A DNA stretch of 64,000 bases from Sphaerodactylus townsendi. Its lineage: Eukaryota. The notes beneath the pieces are model-generated. The model worked only from the letters and a program-made list of their open reading frames with translations. It searched no databases and was not told the DNA's origin. The DNA is taken from NCBI RefSeq assembly GCF_021028975.2, contig NC_059429.1, positions 95,728,001 through 95,792,000 on the forward strand, written 5' to 3'. The translations under genes and the position numbers were made by a program. Below are positions 24,340 through 37,570 of this stretch, one piece after another (within the stretch, counting starts at the first letter, position 1; the number at the start of each line of letters is the position of its first letter).

Positions 24340-27300
24340 GGCAAACTATTTTGGCTGGAAATCATGGAAGATCCAATCCCACAATTGCTGTACCTTTGCA
24401 AATCTTCAAAAATGAGCGGGGCTGTGGAGGGATTTAAAATGTAATTATTTTTCAGGAAACCTGGGTGCAAACACTGATAAATCTAGAGGGATTTAAAACA
24501 TATTCTTTACCAGCCTTTAAGATTAACTAATGGGGCTGCCTACAGGGTGGTTTATCTCTCCTTGCTTCCTCTAATCAAAATTTGCAATCAACTAATCTTC
24601 AGGATTGTTGCCGTAATGCCCAGGACATTAGGCTTGTTTTTTGAAATCTCTCCCTGTTCTCAGAGAATGTTTACATGCCACTTTATTTGTATAGATTGTG
24701 TTTACTTGTGTACTGGAATCATCTGATAGCATTCATGGAAGAGCTGGAATAAAAATGTCCCCCATATAGAAATAGTATTGGCAGGGGATTATAAGGCAAG
24801 AGGGGGTAATCATATTTCATCTCTTATTAGGAGGGCAGGAATTGATCAGGATGCTTTATGAATGTTATTCTCTTCATCTTTGAGATGATCAAAGGATACT
24901 TCTCTGAACCCTGCTGGCACTAGTTGGGCCAGGTTCTGCTTACAATTTAACAAACTTTAGCTAAATGGTATACTACACGTTGGATTAATATTCTTTTGTT
25001 TCAACCAAAGGTTGCAGTGTGATTGACCATGTTTTGATCTCTCCCTCTGTATGGGGTTTCCTTATCCATTTCTCAGGGGGATCAAATTATTACTGACCAC
25101 CTTCCTCTAATATTCAAGAGCAATATGAACTTTAATTCTGTACTAACTCAGAGTCATAAACAAAGAATTTTATGGTCTATGGGTCTAACACAAATAACCA
25201 AATAACTTGTTGGATTTATAACCAGTTTAAATATAGATCCTCTGTAATCAGCTAAAAAACCCCTCTTACAAGTAATAGAAATCCATGAAAACATAATAAC
25301 ACATATTATTGACATTCTTAAGCAAGACCTCGAAGCTGGGACTAAAAGGAGAGGGCATAATAGTGACTGGTTTGACAGTGAATGTAAAGATCTAAAAAGC
25401 TATATTCATGCTACTTATTGTCATTATCATAAATCTAAGGCCATAGCCATTTCAGATAATTTTTTGGTCTTAAAAATCAGCTACAACAATTTACTAAAGA
25501 AAAAAGTAATGCATTTATAAACCAAAAATGGGAACAAGTTTTTCATGTTGCATTGTCAAATAATCCAAAGCATTTCTTGGCTATAGTAACTGGAACCCTT
25601 CGCACTGATGTCCCCTCTATGGCAAGTCTTTCTCCTTATATGAGGTTGCAACACTTCAAATTTATTTTACAAGGAGGTGATGCATGAAACAGACTATTTA
25701 AATCTCCCTGTTGGCAACCTACCAGAATGGTCACCTGTAATATCTGCTGAAATAATAAAACTAATTGGTCAACTTAAAATGGGGAAAGTGCCATGATCAG
25801 ATGTATTGACTCCTGAAATTTTAAAAGTAAATCCAGACTGGTTGGCACCCCTGCTCACTGCTCTTTTTATAATGATAAATAAGACCGGCATAATGCCAGA
25901 GGCCTGGACAAATGCAGTAATGGTGCCTATTTACAAAAAGGGAAATCATATCAGCCCTGTCGATTTTAGACCAATCAGCCTTCTTTCTTAATAGGGAAGC
26001 TGTACCCTAAATATCTATTGTCAAAACTAACTTTTTGGATATTGTAGCACAGGATAGTAGTCCCAGAACAAGTGGGTTTTTGCCGGGGAAAAACTACTCT
26101 GAATCATTGTAGGATGTTATCTCACCTGGCTAATAAATATACCAGAAGAAGCAAGTCAAATTTGTATGCAGCTTTTTTGGATTTTAAAGGAACTTTCAGT
26201 TCCATCCCCAGGGATCTTCCATGGAATAAATTAACAAAAATGAACATAGATAAGAGATTATCAAAAAGTTGCATGCCTGCACAAGTTGTCAAATCAAATG
26301 CTCCATGGCAGGAAAGTTGACTCAAAAGATTCCTGCCAACAAAGGAGTAAAGCAGGGATGTGTTCTGGTGCCTTCTTTGTTTAATTTGTTTCTAAATGAT
26401 TTTGCTCCATGGAAGGCTGTGGAAGTGAGTCCTGTCCTGTAATGGGGGGGGCGGGGGGCGGGGGGGTCATTGTCAGGACATTCCATCCAGTGGTGAGATC
26501 CGAATACTTTAACAACTGATTCTGCCTTGCCCCCCCTGAGTTTTCCATGCCCCCCGAGCTCCCCCCAGGCAGCCACCCTTCCCCACTTTCTCATGCTGCC
26601 CCCCTCACCTCCATCTATGGGTGGAAAGAACAGCTGAAGCCAGCCAGGCAGCACTGGTGTGGGCAGAGCAGAGGGCTCCGGCTCAGCTCTCCTCCCAGCT
26701 GTAGGCTCCCAAGGCAGAGAGGAGAGCTGAGCCGGGCAGTGCTGGTGGGGTGTGTGTGTGTGGAGCAGAGGGCTCTGGCTTTGGAGGAGAGCCAAGCTGG
26801 AACCCTCTGCTACACCCCCACCCCCCAGAGATTCCTGGTTCGGCAAGTCTCCTTCCTGCCCCGGGTAGCCAGGGCATGGAGGAGAACCGAGCTGGAGGCT
26901 TCTCTACATATACACACCAGGGGAGGGGGAATGAGGGGTTTTTTAACAACTGGTTCGCCCGAACCGGGGCAAACCAGCTGAATCCCACCACTGATTCCAT
27001 CCCTTAGACAATTATGTCTAAGGATACTCTCAGAATCTAACCTTTCCAACTGGTTAGCCTCAATCAAAGAAAAAAATAATCCCTTAGTTTATCCATTAAT
27101 TTATTATTTATTCTTTCAGCATATGAGGCTTACAAGATTATAAAATGTTGACTTTTGGAGACTGAAGCACAAAATCTTAATCTTGCAGCCACTAAGACCT
27201 GTTCTCCTCTGGGATTGGGGATCCCATTTAAAGTATGTCAAAATTCTGCATATTTTTACCATCTCCAGAATCTGATTCAATGTAAAAACTTTTTCTTTGG

Positions 27301-27720
27301 CTATGCCTTCTACAATTCTTTATGGAAGATACCAAAATGTAGCATATTCAGAAAGGCATTGCCCCTGTAAGGTAGGCTGAATTGAAACTATCCAGCATGT
27401 TCTATTCTTTCTACTCTACTGTTCTTTTTATCTCGAGATTCAAGTGAAGAATTTTAGCCCTATTTTAGGACATAGGACAGGACTCCCCAATTTTGCTAAG
27501 CTGATAATTTTCTTGAATAATTCCAATCTTGAACTAAGTGAGAGGGTGACCAAATTTCTGCAAGAAGCCAAAAAGCTGTGTTATGATAAGAATGGGAGAT
27601 AAATTGTAGTACTTTTAAATGTGATGCTGTAAAAAAAACCCATTCATATCTTGATTTTTACATTTACCTCTTAATTATTCACTATTTTTATGTTATGAGT
27701 TTTAAGCCAATAAAGGTTAA
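24340..27720 (+). mobile_element. Decayed non-LTR retrotransposon (APE endonuclease + RT, RTE-X-like), internally deleted
   Basis: Motifs IFQETW, AGDYKAR, SVIDHV, TDHLPL (APE); PIYKKG..FRPISLL, QVGF, AAFLDFKGTF, GVKQGCVL.PSLFNLFLND (RT); tail TKTCSPL homologous to the 38232-39470 ORF; AATAAA near 27709; many stops and frameshifts; clade tentative. Confidence 0.85.
26488..26993. mobile_element. hAT MITE inserted within the LINE relic
   Basis: TIRs CAGTGGTGAGATCC / GAATCCCACCACTG; exact TSD ATTCCATC at 26480-26487 and 26994-27001. Confidence 0.9.
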
Positions 27721-28021
27721 AATAATGAAAGGTTTAAAAAGAGGATTTGTATTCAGATCTGCAAACAGCTTCCTCTTCTCCCAGTGAGGAACAGTTTATC
27801 ATCTGGATATTTTAGTAATTTCTTCCACAAGGTTTATCAATCCAGACATATTACAGCTGTGTGTGACCTCCCCTGCCTTACAGCAGATGTTAATCATTAT
27901 ATAGTTGTATCACTTCAATATTTCATTCCAGCAGAGGCATCAGGCTACCTGTAACTTATCAAGCAGATGTCAGAAGGTCATTGTGTCAAATAATCTGTAT
28001 GAAGGACAATCCTGATCTGGA

Positions 28022-28168
28022 GGGCCCAGGCTAGACAAATTTTGTAAGATTTCAGAAGCTGAGCAAGCTGAGTTGGTTAGTACTTGGATTAGAAACCACC
28101 AAGGAAGTCCAAGGTCATTATGAGTGGCAGTCAATGGCAAATCATCTCTGAACATCTCTTGCCTTACC
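28022..28168 (+). mobile_element. 5S rRNA-derived SINE fragment
   Basis: AGAAGCTGAGCAAG...TGGTTAGTACTTGGATTAGAAACCACC (5S-like) then CAATGGCAAATCATCTCTG tail. Confidence 0.6.
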
Positions 28169-29455
28169 TAACTCCAGTTAAATGGACTCCCAAAAATTCA
28201 CAAGGACTCCATCCCACTCAGACCTATTGTTACTACAATTGGTCCCCCCCACATATGAACTGACAAAAATCAATGGGACCCTTGATAATACAGGAAAAAG
28301 CAGAATTTGCTGCATTTGGCAACTATGGAAAAGCCATCAAGGACTGACTGCTTCACAGGCAATGTGTTTCATGAAATTGCATCAGTCCAGCTTTCTAGCT
28401 TGTCATGTCTGTCAGATGTGCAGATGTCTTGTCTTGCTACTTGTGCATGTGGCAGAAAGCCCAAGTTGGCAGCAGCCTCCGCAGGGAAACAAATCTGCTG
28501 CTCTTACCAGTGACTTGTTTGAGACAAATTTCATCTTGTGTAAGGAGGCCTCTTCTCTTTCCAGTAACAGCATCCTGGGCAGTGCATGTTTGAACAATTA
28601 AGCAGTGATTTTATAGGACCATGTGGAGACCTGCTGGCCCTTTGTGTTACCTGACTGCTGGCAGAATGTAGAGGAGTGTTTTGGGGATGAACCTCCCTTC
28701 AGGGATTGACATTCATGGTTCATGGTAGCACTGATGAAGAGTAACAGACAAGAAGCCTGTGAACTGAGATTCACGGGCCCACAGAACAAAGGCTTTATTA
28801 GCAATGATACACTTTCAGTATAGGAGGATCTGAGACATGCAAAACAAAGCTTCAAGCTGAGTTTCATCTCCACTCAGAGCTGTCTTTCAGTAACAACTAA
28901 TCATGCTGAGCCACTGGGGACTCTTTTGCTAAAGTCTGCAGTTATGTCAAATGCTGAGGGTTTAAATAAATTATGTTAAAATAAATTATGTTAATCCAGT
29001 CCCACATGCTACAACCCCAGCATCAATAACACCTTCTGGCCATCTGCAGTGATGGCACCTGAAGCACAGCAAACCTCAAGGCAGCAGTTGCCCTCCTCCA
29101 GCCAGATGCCTTGACAGCAAGGAAAGTAACAGTACAGTCTTAAGCAAAGTCGATGGATTTTTTTCCAGAGTGCACAGAGGTCTAGATGGAAAGTAGAGCA
29201 GAAAGATCAGCTCCACCAATTATTTTCCCAAGCTTCTCCCACAGATCCAACACATATCAACCCACTTAGAAAAATTGCCATATACAAAAACAACCCCATC
29301 ACCATTAAAAATGCATACACCATGCAAGGTTGGACTAATTTTAGCAGAAGTTTGCTATTGGAACCTTTATTTTCTACTGCTTGAGCTTTGTCAAAATTTG
29401 CTGGATGTATTCAATGCTTGTTAAGTCATCATCTATTTTATGGTATTGAAATATT

Positions 29456-29958
29456 TGTTGGAAGATCCACACCTGGTGCGTGTGTATCCCTTGAAAAGTA
29501 GCAGAGTGGCACAGAGGCTAAACACAGCGAAGCTTACCTGAACACAAACACGTGGTTGAGCTTGCTAGAGAGAACTTCAGACACAAAAGAAAGTCAGAGT
29601 CATTTGTAGTTTCTAATCTAATAAAAAGAGTATTTAGTAGTGAACTCCATTCTGGATAGAAAGGTGGAGAGATAGGTTCACTATCTAATCTAATCTAGCT
29701 GGATGGAGGCGGATGCGTCGGAGACACATCCTCTCCCTAGGCATGGTGAAGGTAAGAGTAAAATGGAGAGTGTCCGGGGAGAAGGCGGAAGCAAGGGAGG
29801 AAGTCCCTAAGAGTATCAGTCTACATCAAAGGGATAGACTCAGCATGATAGAGTAAAGGTGACAAATTCCTAAGTCCCTATCTAGCCACTAGCTCGCTAG
29901 TAAAAAACCCCTCTGTAGGATGAGGCAGGAAATAGCGTAAAGTCCCTTTCTTCCAACA
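29456..29958. mobile_element. Solo LTR (503 bp)
   Basis: Starts TGTTGGAAGA, ends TCTTCCAACA (10-bp perfect inverted termini, TG..CA); exact 5-bp TSD ATATT at 29451-29455 and 29959-29963. Confidence 0.88.
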
Positions 29959-31710
29959 ATATTTATATTATTAATGGGCTTGATTGACATGCAAACTCAG
30001 ATTTTAACATTCTCTAATTCGCTGTGTAACTTCTGTACTGCTTTTCATCATTGCCTGGAGAGAAACTGAACGAACAACTGCCCTACAGCAGGACTTAAAC
30101 CCAATAACTCTTTTGAACATAATATCTGCTTTGCATCCTGCTGTTACTAGCATAGGAATTGAATTATCTGCTTTATAAGGCACTGAATAAAACCTGCTCA
30201 GAGAATGTGTTGGTGGAATAAAGTTGAAAAAGCAGTGCTATCCACTTTTACAGGTAACTGGGCAAATACCAGGGTTTCCCCCTCCCCTGCCCTTGGAGAG
30301 AGTCTGTGTTTTTGAGGAAGATGCACAGTGGCAATAAGGAAGATGGCAAAACTGAGAACCTTCTGATCTCTATCAGCAGACTAGGACATGGTCAATCCAT
30401 GGGATATCAGAGCTTCATTATCAGATCTCCAATGATCTACATTCCTACAGCTTACTTAAACCCATTGAGGTGAGGGAGGAGAGAAGCAATTGATAGTTTT
30501 TATCTGAAATTCTTATTACTTTTCTTCAACGTCATATTTTAAAGCCCTTCAAAGAAGCACTGGGGTAGTAGGAAGTAATTGCTAAAGTGAGAGCAATGGA
30601 ATGGTCCATGGATAAATTAACAAATTAATATGGCCTATAATGGTTGCTAAGTTTAAGTATGACACAAATAAACCACTGAAAAATAAAAAATGTATATTCC
30701 TCATTCAGAAGTTAAAAAGTCAGGCTTTAAACTTGTTGAGAAAATTACAAAATTCTAACCTCACTTTGAGTATACTGTTCTGGGATCCTTGTTTTGTTTT
30801 CTTTGACTAAGGCAATAAATCTAGACAATTAGCCTCTCTCTCTCCCTCTCTTTTAATGGAAAGCACTTGTTTTAAATAACATCAGCACTTTGAATCTCTC
30901 AAGCTGCTAATTACTGACAGGTCACCAAGTAAAAGTCCTGTTTTTAATGGGACTGCTGCCTCTGGATGGTTTATTTTGCAAAGAAGTGTCTTTAATTAGC
31001 CATGACGACCACTTGATTCATTCTATTTGTGTAGCATGCTGAAGGAAAATGGCTACTGGGGTTGAAAGGGCTCAGACACAGCAGCAGTGTTTATGTTGCA
31101 AAGTCCCATACAACCCTGTCATTCTTCTTATATTGCTCATTCCCTCAAAGCTGCATTTTGTATTTGCCAATGCTTTTAAAACCTTTGAAAACACCGAGTT
31201 CATGGATGGTACAGGCTTTCAGATTCAATCATCACTTACAAAACACACAGCAAACAGGAAACATTTTCAAAGTGACATCAGGAAAGAAGTCACTAGTTTA
31301 GCATTTTTGAAAAACTCTGTTTTGAGCAAAAATAAAATGTCTTCCAAACAGAGGCTGCATTTGGCACCCTAAGAAGGCAGAAACCAAGCCCCATACTCTC
31401 ACCTGCATAGCAATAGCCCGACAAAATAATCTGTGCACATAAAGGTAGTCAACAAAAGCAGGGAGAATGCATTTCTGCTCTGTACTTGCAAAGGATTTGA
31501 AAAGCACTCCCTAACAATGCTATGAAACACTGCAAATAGAAACCAACTGACACAATCCTATTTGATGACAACATCAATATGCAGGTTGGACAGCATGTCT
31601 ACTACTCGCATTTCTTCCATTGACTAACTCTCCTCTTTCTCTATTCACATATTAAAACCATGAGTGTTTTCCTCTCTTAAACGGAGGATTTAGAGAACTT
31701 CAAAGAAATT

Positions 31711-31830
31711 GGCTATTGTGAGTTTTCTGGGCTGTGTGGCCATGATCTGGTAGTTACCAGAACACAGCCACACAGCCCAGAAAACCCACAACAGCCAGTT
31801 GATTCCAGCCATGAAAGCTTTTGACAATAT
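31711..31830. mobile_element. Penelope-derived palindromic fragment (hammerhead core absent)
   Basis: ggctattgtgagttttctgggctgtgtggc / gccacacagcccagaaaacccacaacagcc inverted arms; tail gattccagccatgaaagcttttgacaata. Confidence 0.6.
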
Positions 31831-32182
31831 TCTTGAAAAATGTATTTACAGTTCTTCTTCTTCTTAATACTACTAATGAGGCTCTCCAAGTCTTCCAAAT
31901 ATTGACATTTGCTGGAGTAAAATATTCCACCCCCCACCGCCTGCTGCAGAAGTGACTTTTAATGAAACTTGTATCACCTGAAATGTTGTTATAACTGGTC
32001 ATTCCTTCCCTGAGATCTGAAAACCATAAAGCTGTTTTTCTTTTTACCAACACCAAACATTTCTGCAAACATGTTAAATTTGCTGCCTCTTGACAAAAGG
32101 TAAGATTTTGATTGATCCCCTACCTTCTTCCCACAACTACCCCTCTCAATAAGAACAAACTGTAAAATGATATGGGCACAAC

Positions 32183-32318
32183 CAATGGTAAGATTCAAAT
32201 AATTTAACAACCGGTTCCGGTGGTGGGATTCAGATAATTTAATAACTTGTTGTTTACAAGAACCATTTTAACAACCGGTTCTGCTGAAGTGGTGCGAACC
32301 TGCTGAATCCCACCACTG
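32183..32318. mobile_element. 136-bp hAT MITE
   Basis: CAATGGTAAGATTC / GAATCCCACCACTG; exact TSD GGCACAAC at 32175-32182 and 32319-32326; internal repeat of the left end. Confidence 0.88.
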
Positions 32319-32569
32319 GGCACAACCATTCCCAAGCACTGGAGAAACACCCACTGGTGGTCCACTGCTGACAGGCAGGGAGTCATCCACCCCAGACCAT
32401 TCTCTTGCCCAACAGCAATGGGTGTTGTGACTGATTTAGTTTAGTGGGCTTTGATAACCCCCTTTCTGACTTTAGTGGTCAACCACTCTTGGGAAAGCAC
32501 ATAAAGGAAGATTTAGAGGTCAACAGCTACTAGGCAAATATGTAGCCTGGCCAGGCATGGTCTTCCACT

Positions 32570-32610
32570 CTCCCTCCCTCCCTCCCTCCCTCCCTCCCTC
32601 CCTCCCTCCC
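32570..32610. repeat. (CCCT)n microsatellite
   Basis: Direct reading. Confidence 0.9.
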
Positions 32611-33942
32611 ATGGATCATGCCCATACTTTTTTGCATGAAATATCTACGTTAAATTATTTCAGATACTGGGCATGGTGGGTTTCATATAGACAGAATCGT
32701 TTACTGCATATCATCACCACATGCCTGTAGAAATCAGTCTCATTATTAGGCATGAAAATGCAACGAGGCTTGGTTTAAGGGAATACTCAGAGTTAAGTAA
32801 GCCTTGTCTCCTTCTTCCTGGGAACGTTGATGATGTATATATTCATGGCAGCTAAATGCCAAGTGTGCTTGAATCAGGGACCATTAGTTTGAAGAGCTTT
32901 ATATTTCATTTAGTTCTACAAGAGCACATTTTCCCAACAAGGCGGCACTCCAAACTGTTAGCGATGCTATTTATACAAGGACTTCTAAACTACTTTCCCT
33001 GCACTGCAAATTGTGGAACTGCAAAATGGCATTACATATCAGCAATTCAATTGCCTGCTTCTTAGAGTAATTATCCCATAAGCTGTCACTAGTTACCTAT
33101 TTGCCTTGTGATGTAATTACTTAACAGGCACTCAACAAATTAGAGCTATTACAGATGGGAAAGAGGGATGTCAACTGCTGATCCTGAGATAGCACCTGTT
33201 GTTTTAACAGCTGTGAGGCTGAGCCAGGGTGAGATTGCAGCTGCTCCTATCCTTGTGCTGAATTCTTCAGTTCACCTGCTCTTCCATCTTGCTAGCTGTA
33301 ATAAGCAGGAGGTGGACTTTCCTGCCTGGCAGATGAGACATGCAGTCATATGATGCACAGACTGAAGCACTAGGAAAAGGCAGTGGGAAATACAGGCTTT
33401 GCTTCCCTGGGATTTTTTACAACAGCAATTGCTGTTTCCTAGGTAAGCAACTGCCAATCCCAATGGTATGGGTGCAAAATCTGTATATTGCCTTTCATAA
33501 TATTTGACTAATGAAACCTGTTGGCTGCCACAAGGCTTGCTTATCAACAAGCAAACATCACATGTGGACAGTACTCAAGTTTATTTACATTCTATTTCTC
33601 ATTATTAGTTTGCAAGTTACCTTCTTAGTACAGCAACATTCTTTCCTCAATAGCTAGTACAGGTAATGGTGTTACTCAGATCAATCCCTGTGCCAAGCCC
33701 CTCACACCAGACTGGCCCCTTATGCTTATACAGTGAGATCACAAAGCTCCAGGACAAGACTGGAACCATTTAGTCTTTTTGCACAACTCCCAGATAAATC
33801 TTTTATACAAGGAAAGGGAGAGAAGCACTCAACTGGCACGGAGCTTTATTATCCTATGTGATCCAGATTAGAAACTATTAGATCAAAAGTAAAATCAAGG
33901 CAATGAGCAATAATATCATGAACCAGGAACCAAAGAGTTGAG

Positions 33943-33997
33943 AAAACCTGAGAGAATATTAAAACCTTAAAAACCTGAGGGAATATTAAAACCTTAA
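33943..33997. repeat. Two-copy tandem duplication of about 27 bp
   Basis: aaaacctgag(a/g)gaatattaaaaccttaa twice. Confidence 0.8.
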
Positions 33998-34984
33998 GTG
34001 TATAAAAAAATTTTTATCACACTGTACTCAGCAAGAATTACAACCGTTTAAAATTGTGAAAATTCTATGGAAATATGAAGCCAGGAGTTGCGTCTCCAAT
34101 AATACCCAAATCCCTTTGGTTCCTGGCTTGCTATAGGTTGGGTTTTTGTATCCTTTTGTTTGTGAGTTTCCAACAATATCATAAAGTCAATAAAATGAGC
34201 AAATTCAGCCAGTCCTTGCGTATTACTTCAGAATAAAAAAACCCAATTAATATTACTTCGCAGAAAATGATATTAATCTTGTTTGACTAGTTCAGAGCAA
34301 CCCAGCCCAGAGAAATGAGATAAGAGGTGAGTTGTTGTCAGGCCTGCTTTGCTGTAGGGGGTATGGTGTGGAAAGTTACTTTTGCTTTGGCAGGTGCTTT
34401 GCTATCTAATGGTCTGGCCTTGGGAGTCTACTGCTAGGATGGGCCTCCAGTCTTGACCTTTCTGTGCTGCTCTGTTCTCATGTGGGGGTGGGGGATGTGC
34501 AAACTGTATTATCAACTGCCTGGCACCTTTTTGCCAGAATTGTCTTTCCTTTGTTCCTTGCTGTCTGTCAATAAAATCCTTGAAAACTATCAAGTAGTTT
34601 GTTGTCTGATCCAGGGAGTTGACATTTGTCCAAGATGGGACCAAAAGATGTCAGGGCGGGGGGGGGGGGGGGTAGAGTCTTGGTAAGAAAGGCAGGATCG
34701 GGTGGTTATGGGGTTGAGGCCAGCTGGCAGGACAGCAGACCTGGGAAAGAAGGAAAGAATGGTTTAAAAAAGCTTTAAAGGGGTAAAGGACGCAAAACAG
34801 CAGACAGCAAGGCATACTCTGCCTGTTTTGAAGATGCAAGGATCTGGGGAATTTAATGGTGTACGATAGCTCAATAAGACCAGCTACAGAGTTTGAATGA
34901 CATGATATGCAGTTCTTATAGGTCTGAGTTTACTAGGGCTTCAGTGGCAAAGACTGGCCATTGGTCAAATTTGACAGTTGTGAC

Positions 34985-35076
34985 CAGTAGTGGGATTCAA
35001 ATAATTTAACAACTGGTTCTGGTGGTGGGATTTCAATAATTTAACAACTGTTTGTTTACAAACACCATTTTAACAA
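34985..35076. mobile_element. Truncated copy of the 136-bp hAT MITE
   Basis: CAGTAGTGGGATTCAAATAATTTAACAAC... matches 32183-32275; right TIR missing. Confidence 0.75.
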
Positions 35077-35077
35077 T

Positions 35078-35430
35078 GTCTCTCTCCCATTATAGGTCAT
35101 TCATCAAGGTTGGGCTGTTTCTTTGCCATGACCATACCTGAAACCAGATTGACATGGGTCCAGAAAATCAGTTTCCTTCAAGTATGTCTACAGTTGAACC
35201 ATCACCACTGTCTCCACGACTTTGCCCAAACATGGGATGTTGACCACTGGATGAGAATTGCCCAGTTATGTAGGGTCCAAGGAGGGTCCCTTCAAAAGAG
35301 GGGGTTCAGCACTATCCCCTCCTTCAAAGAGGCATTTGCTTTCTCCTGAACCCATTGGCCAACCCCTTTCCACCCACTAGCTTTTATTAGCCAGGTTAGA
35401 CAAGGATCTGGACTAGTTGTAGGTTGCATC
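35078..35430 (-). mobile_element. L2 LINE reverse transcriptase fragment
   Basis: Minus translation PSLDPT*LGNSHPVVNIPCLGKVVETVV..LDPCQSGFRYGHGKETA, typical of L2 RT domains 1-2. Confidence 0.8.
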
Positions 35431-37570
35431 CCTGCAAGTAACTTGTCCACATGCTCTTAAATCTCAAAAGCTGAAATTGATCCAAACAAACAGGACCAGA
35501 CAGTGCTCCGGACAACTCCACAAGACACTGTTCAACAGAGGAATCCAATCCTGTGCCGACCTAAGTTATTTTATCCTTAAACTGCACAACAAAATCATCA
35601 TAGCTCCTCCTATAGATAACAGATCTTGCTCTTCCTATTGATGCTGGAACTGGTTCCCATAGGAGCTGTGACCTCTGATTGTATGTCAGTGGTCCTCTAA
35701 CCCATCTCTGTTTTAAAAAGGGAATATTCTTTTATTGCATCCAAAAGGTAAACACACATTTCTGATCCTTTAAAACTCCACGCTTTATTAAACTGGGACC
35801 CTTCAATAATGGATTAAAATAAAAAAAATTTCTTGGATTAAAAAAAAGCAGGACTGTCAGATGGGGAAAAACCTTTCAGCCAAAAAACTCACGATAAAGA
35901 TAATCAGTGTTGTGTTAACAAACTCTCAGTCCTGCATTGATCTAGGCCCAAAATCTCTCACTAGTACTCAGAGGAAATCATATTCCACCTTAAGAAAAAA
36001 ATTTCCCCTTTCTTGTCTAGATTTTTTTTGAAGTCTACTTTCCTCAGTCAGATTTGCTGTAGGAAATAACCTCAGAGAGGTTCTGATTTAGCAACATAAA
36101 CATACCTAAAGGTTTATGTGACTGGCTAAATAGCAGGAGGAATAATGTGTGCTGATTGCTCAGTTTCAATCACTGCAGTTTTATGAGAGATTTTGCTCCA
36201 AAATGTCCACATTCCTCTCAAGGGAATGATCGTGGCTCAGATAGCAGAAACCTAAAGAGGCACCAACATCCCAAAAGATAACATTGATCTCACAATCCAT
36301 CATCAGAAGATGCCAACAATAGCCAATCTTTCCCATGTTTTTTTTTTCTCCACAACAGTCTTTGTGGGTTGATTCCAAGTGACAGAGAACCTATGGGTTC
36401 TACATGAAAGAAGGCAAAAACACCCTTTTCCACACAAGCCCCAGCTCTACTGTTGAAAGAGGCAGGGGGATGATTTTGCCCCTTCCTTCAATACTGAGTA
36501 CTCACACTCAGAATATCCTGATCTTGGTTCTGATGAGTGATCTATTAAGATAAGATTGATAGGGTGATGTGACAGATACCAGATAGAAACAACTAACTTG
36601 AATTTTAACATTAAAGAAACTAGGCAGATTTTTTAAAAAAAATTATAAATGATCCAAATCCAATTCTTATTTTGACCACTTCTAATTTTCAGGCAACTGC
36701 AACTGAGTAAGCTAGTAGTCTCCCAATGGCTTCTCCACAGACCTGTTCTGAGAATCCCACATGGACAACCAGCTGTAATGCTATGCAAATATGCCACTCT
36801 GCAGGGAAAAGTTACAACACAATTCTTTGGAATCAAATGGTTTTTTCAGACTAGGCCTCCAAGAAAGCAAACAAAAAAATCATTTGATCAAAAATGACCT
36901 TTAAAAAAGTCATACTTGCAATTTTTAAATATTTTTAACTTGCCAATACTATAATTAAGTTTCCAGCATTGCTTATTAGCAAAGGGCAGGGGGAGGATTA
37001 GTCATTGGACTTGGTAGCATGAGTCCGTACGTTATATTTCAAACCATCCTCCTCAAGCCCACACTGCCATCCAAATAATGTTGTAATTACAATCCTATAT
37101 GGATAGTAGAGTGCATTCGTTCTCCCTGCCCTTCCCCAGCCTCCAACTGCAATAAAAATCAATTTTGAAGATGCTCTTTCATTGTGTTCTTCAATATACT
37201 TCACCTGAATTTGGAACAAATTCACTTAACTTTCTCTACTGCAAGGTGAGATTTTTTTCCCTTTCCTAGCAAGTTTGTCAGAGTTTTTTCTTTCCTAGCA
37301 AGTTTGTCAGAGTTTGATGGAAATACACCCATATATTTACGCAATGCCAAGGTTGTAGCAGATTCTCTTTGATCTTACTTAGGCACAAAGAAAGAATGTT
37401 CAGTGCCTTAACAGCTGAAGCACATTAGAGCAGCATTGCAAGATAGATTCATGTGCCTCTTCTTATGAGAAACACACTGCAATCCTTGAAGAGCAGAGTT
37501 GATTCATGTAGTGTGTCAGTGCTTCTAGCAAGGTGGGCTGAGTGAGGAAAGAACAGGAGAGAGAATAGAT

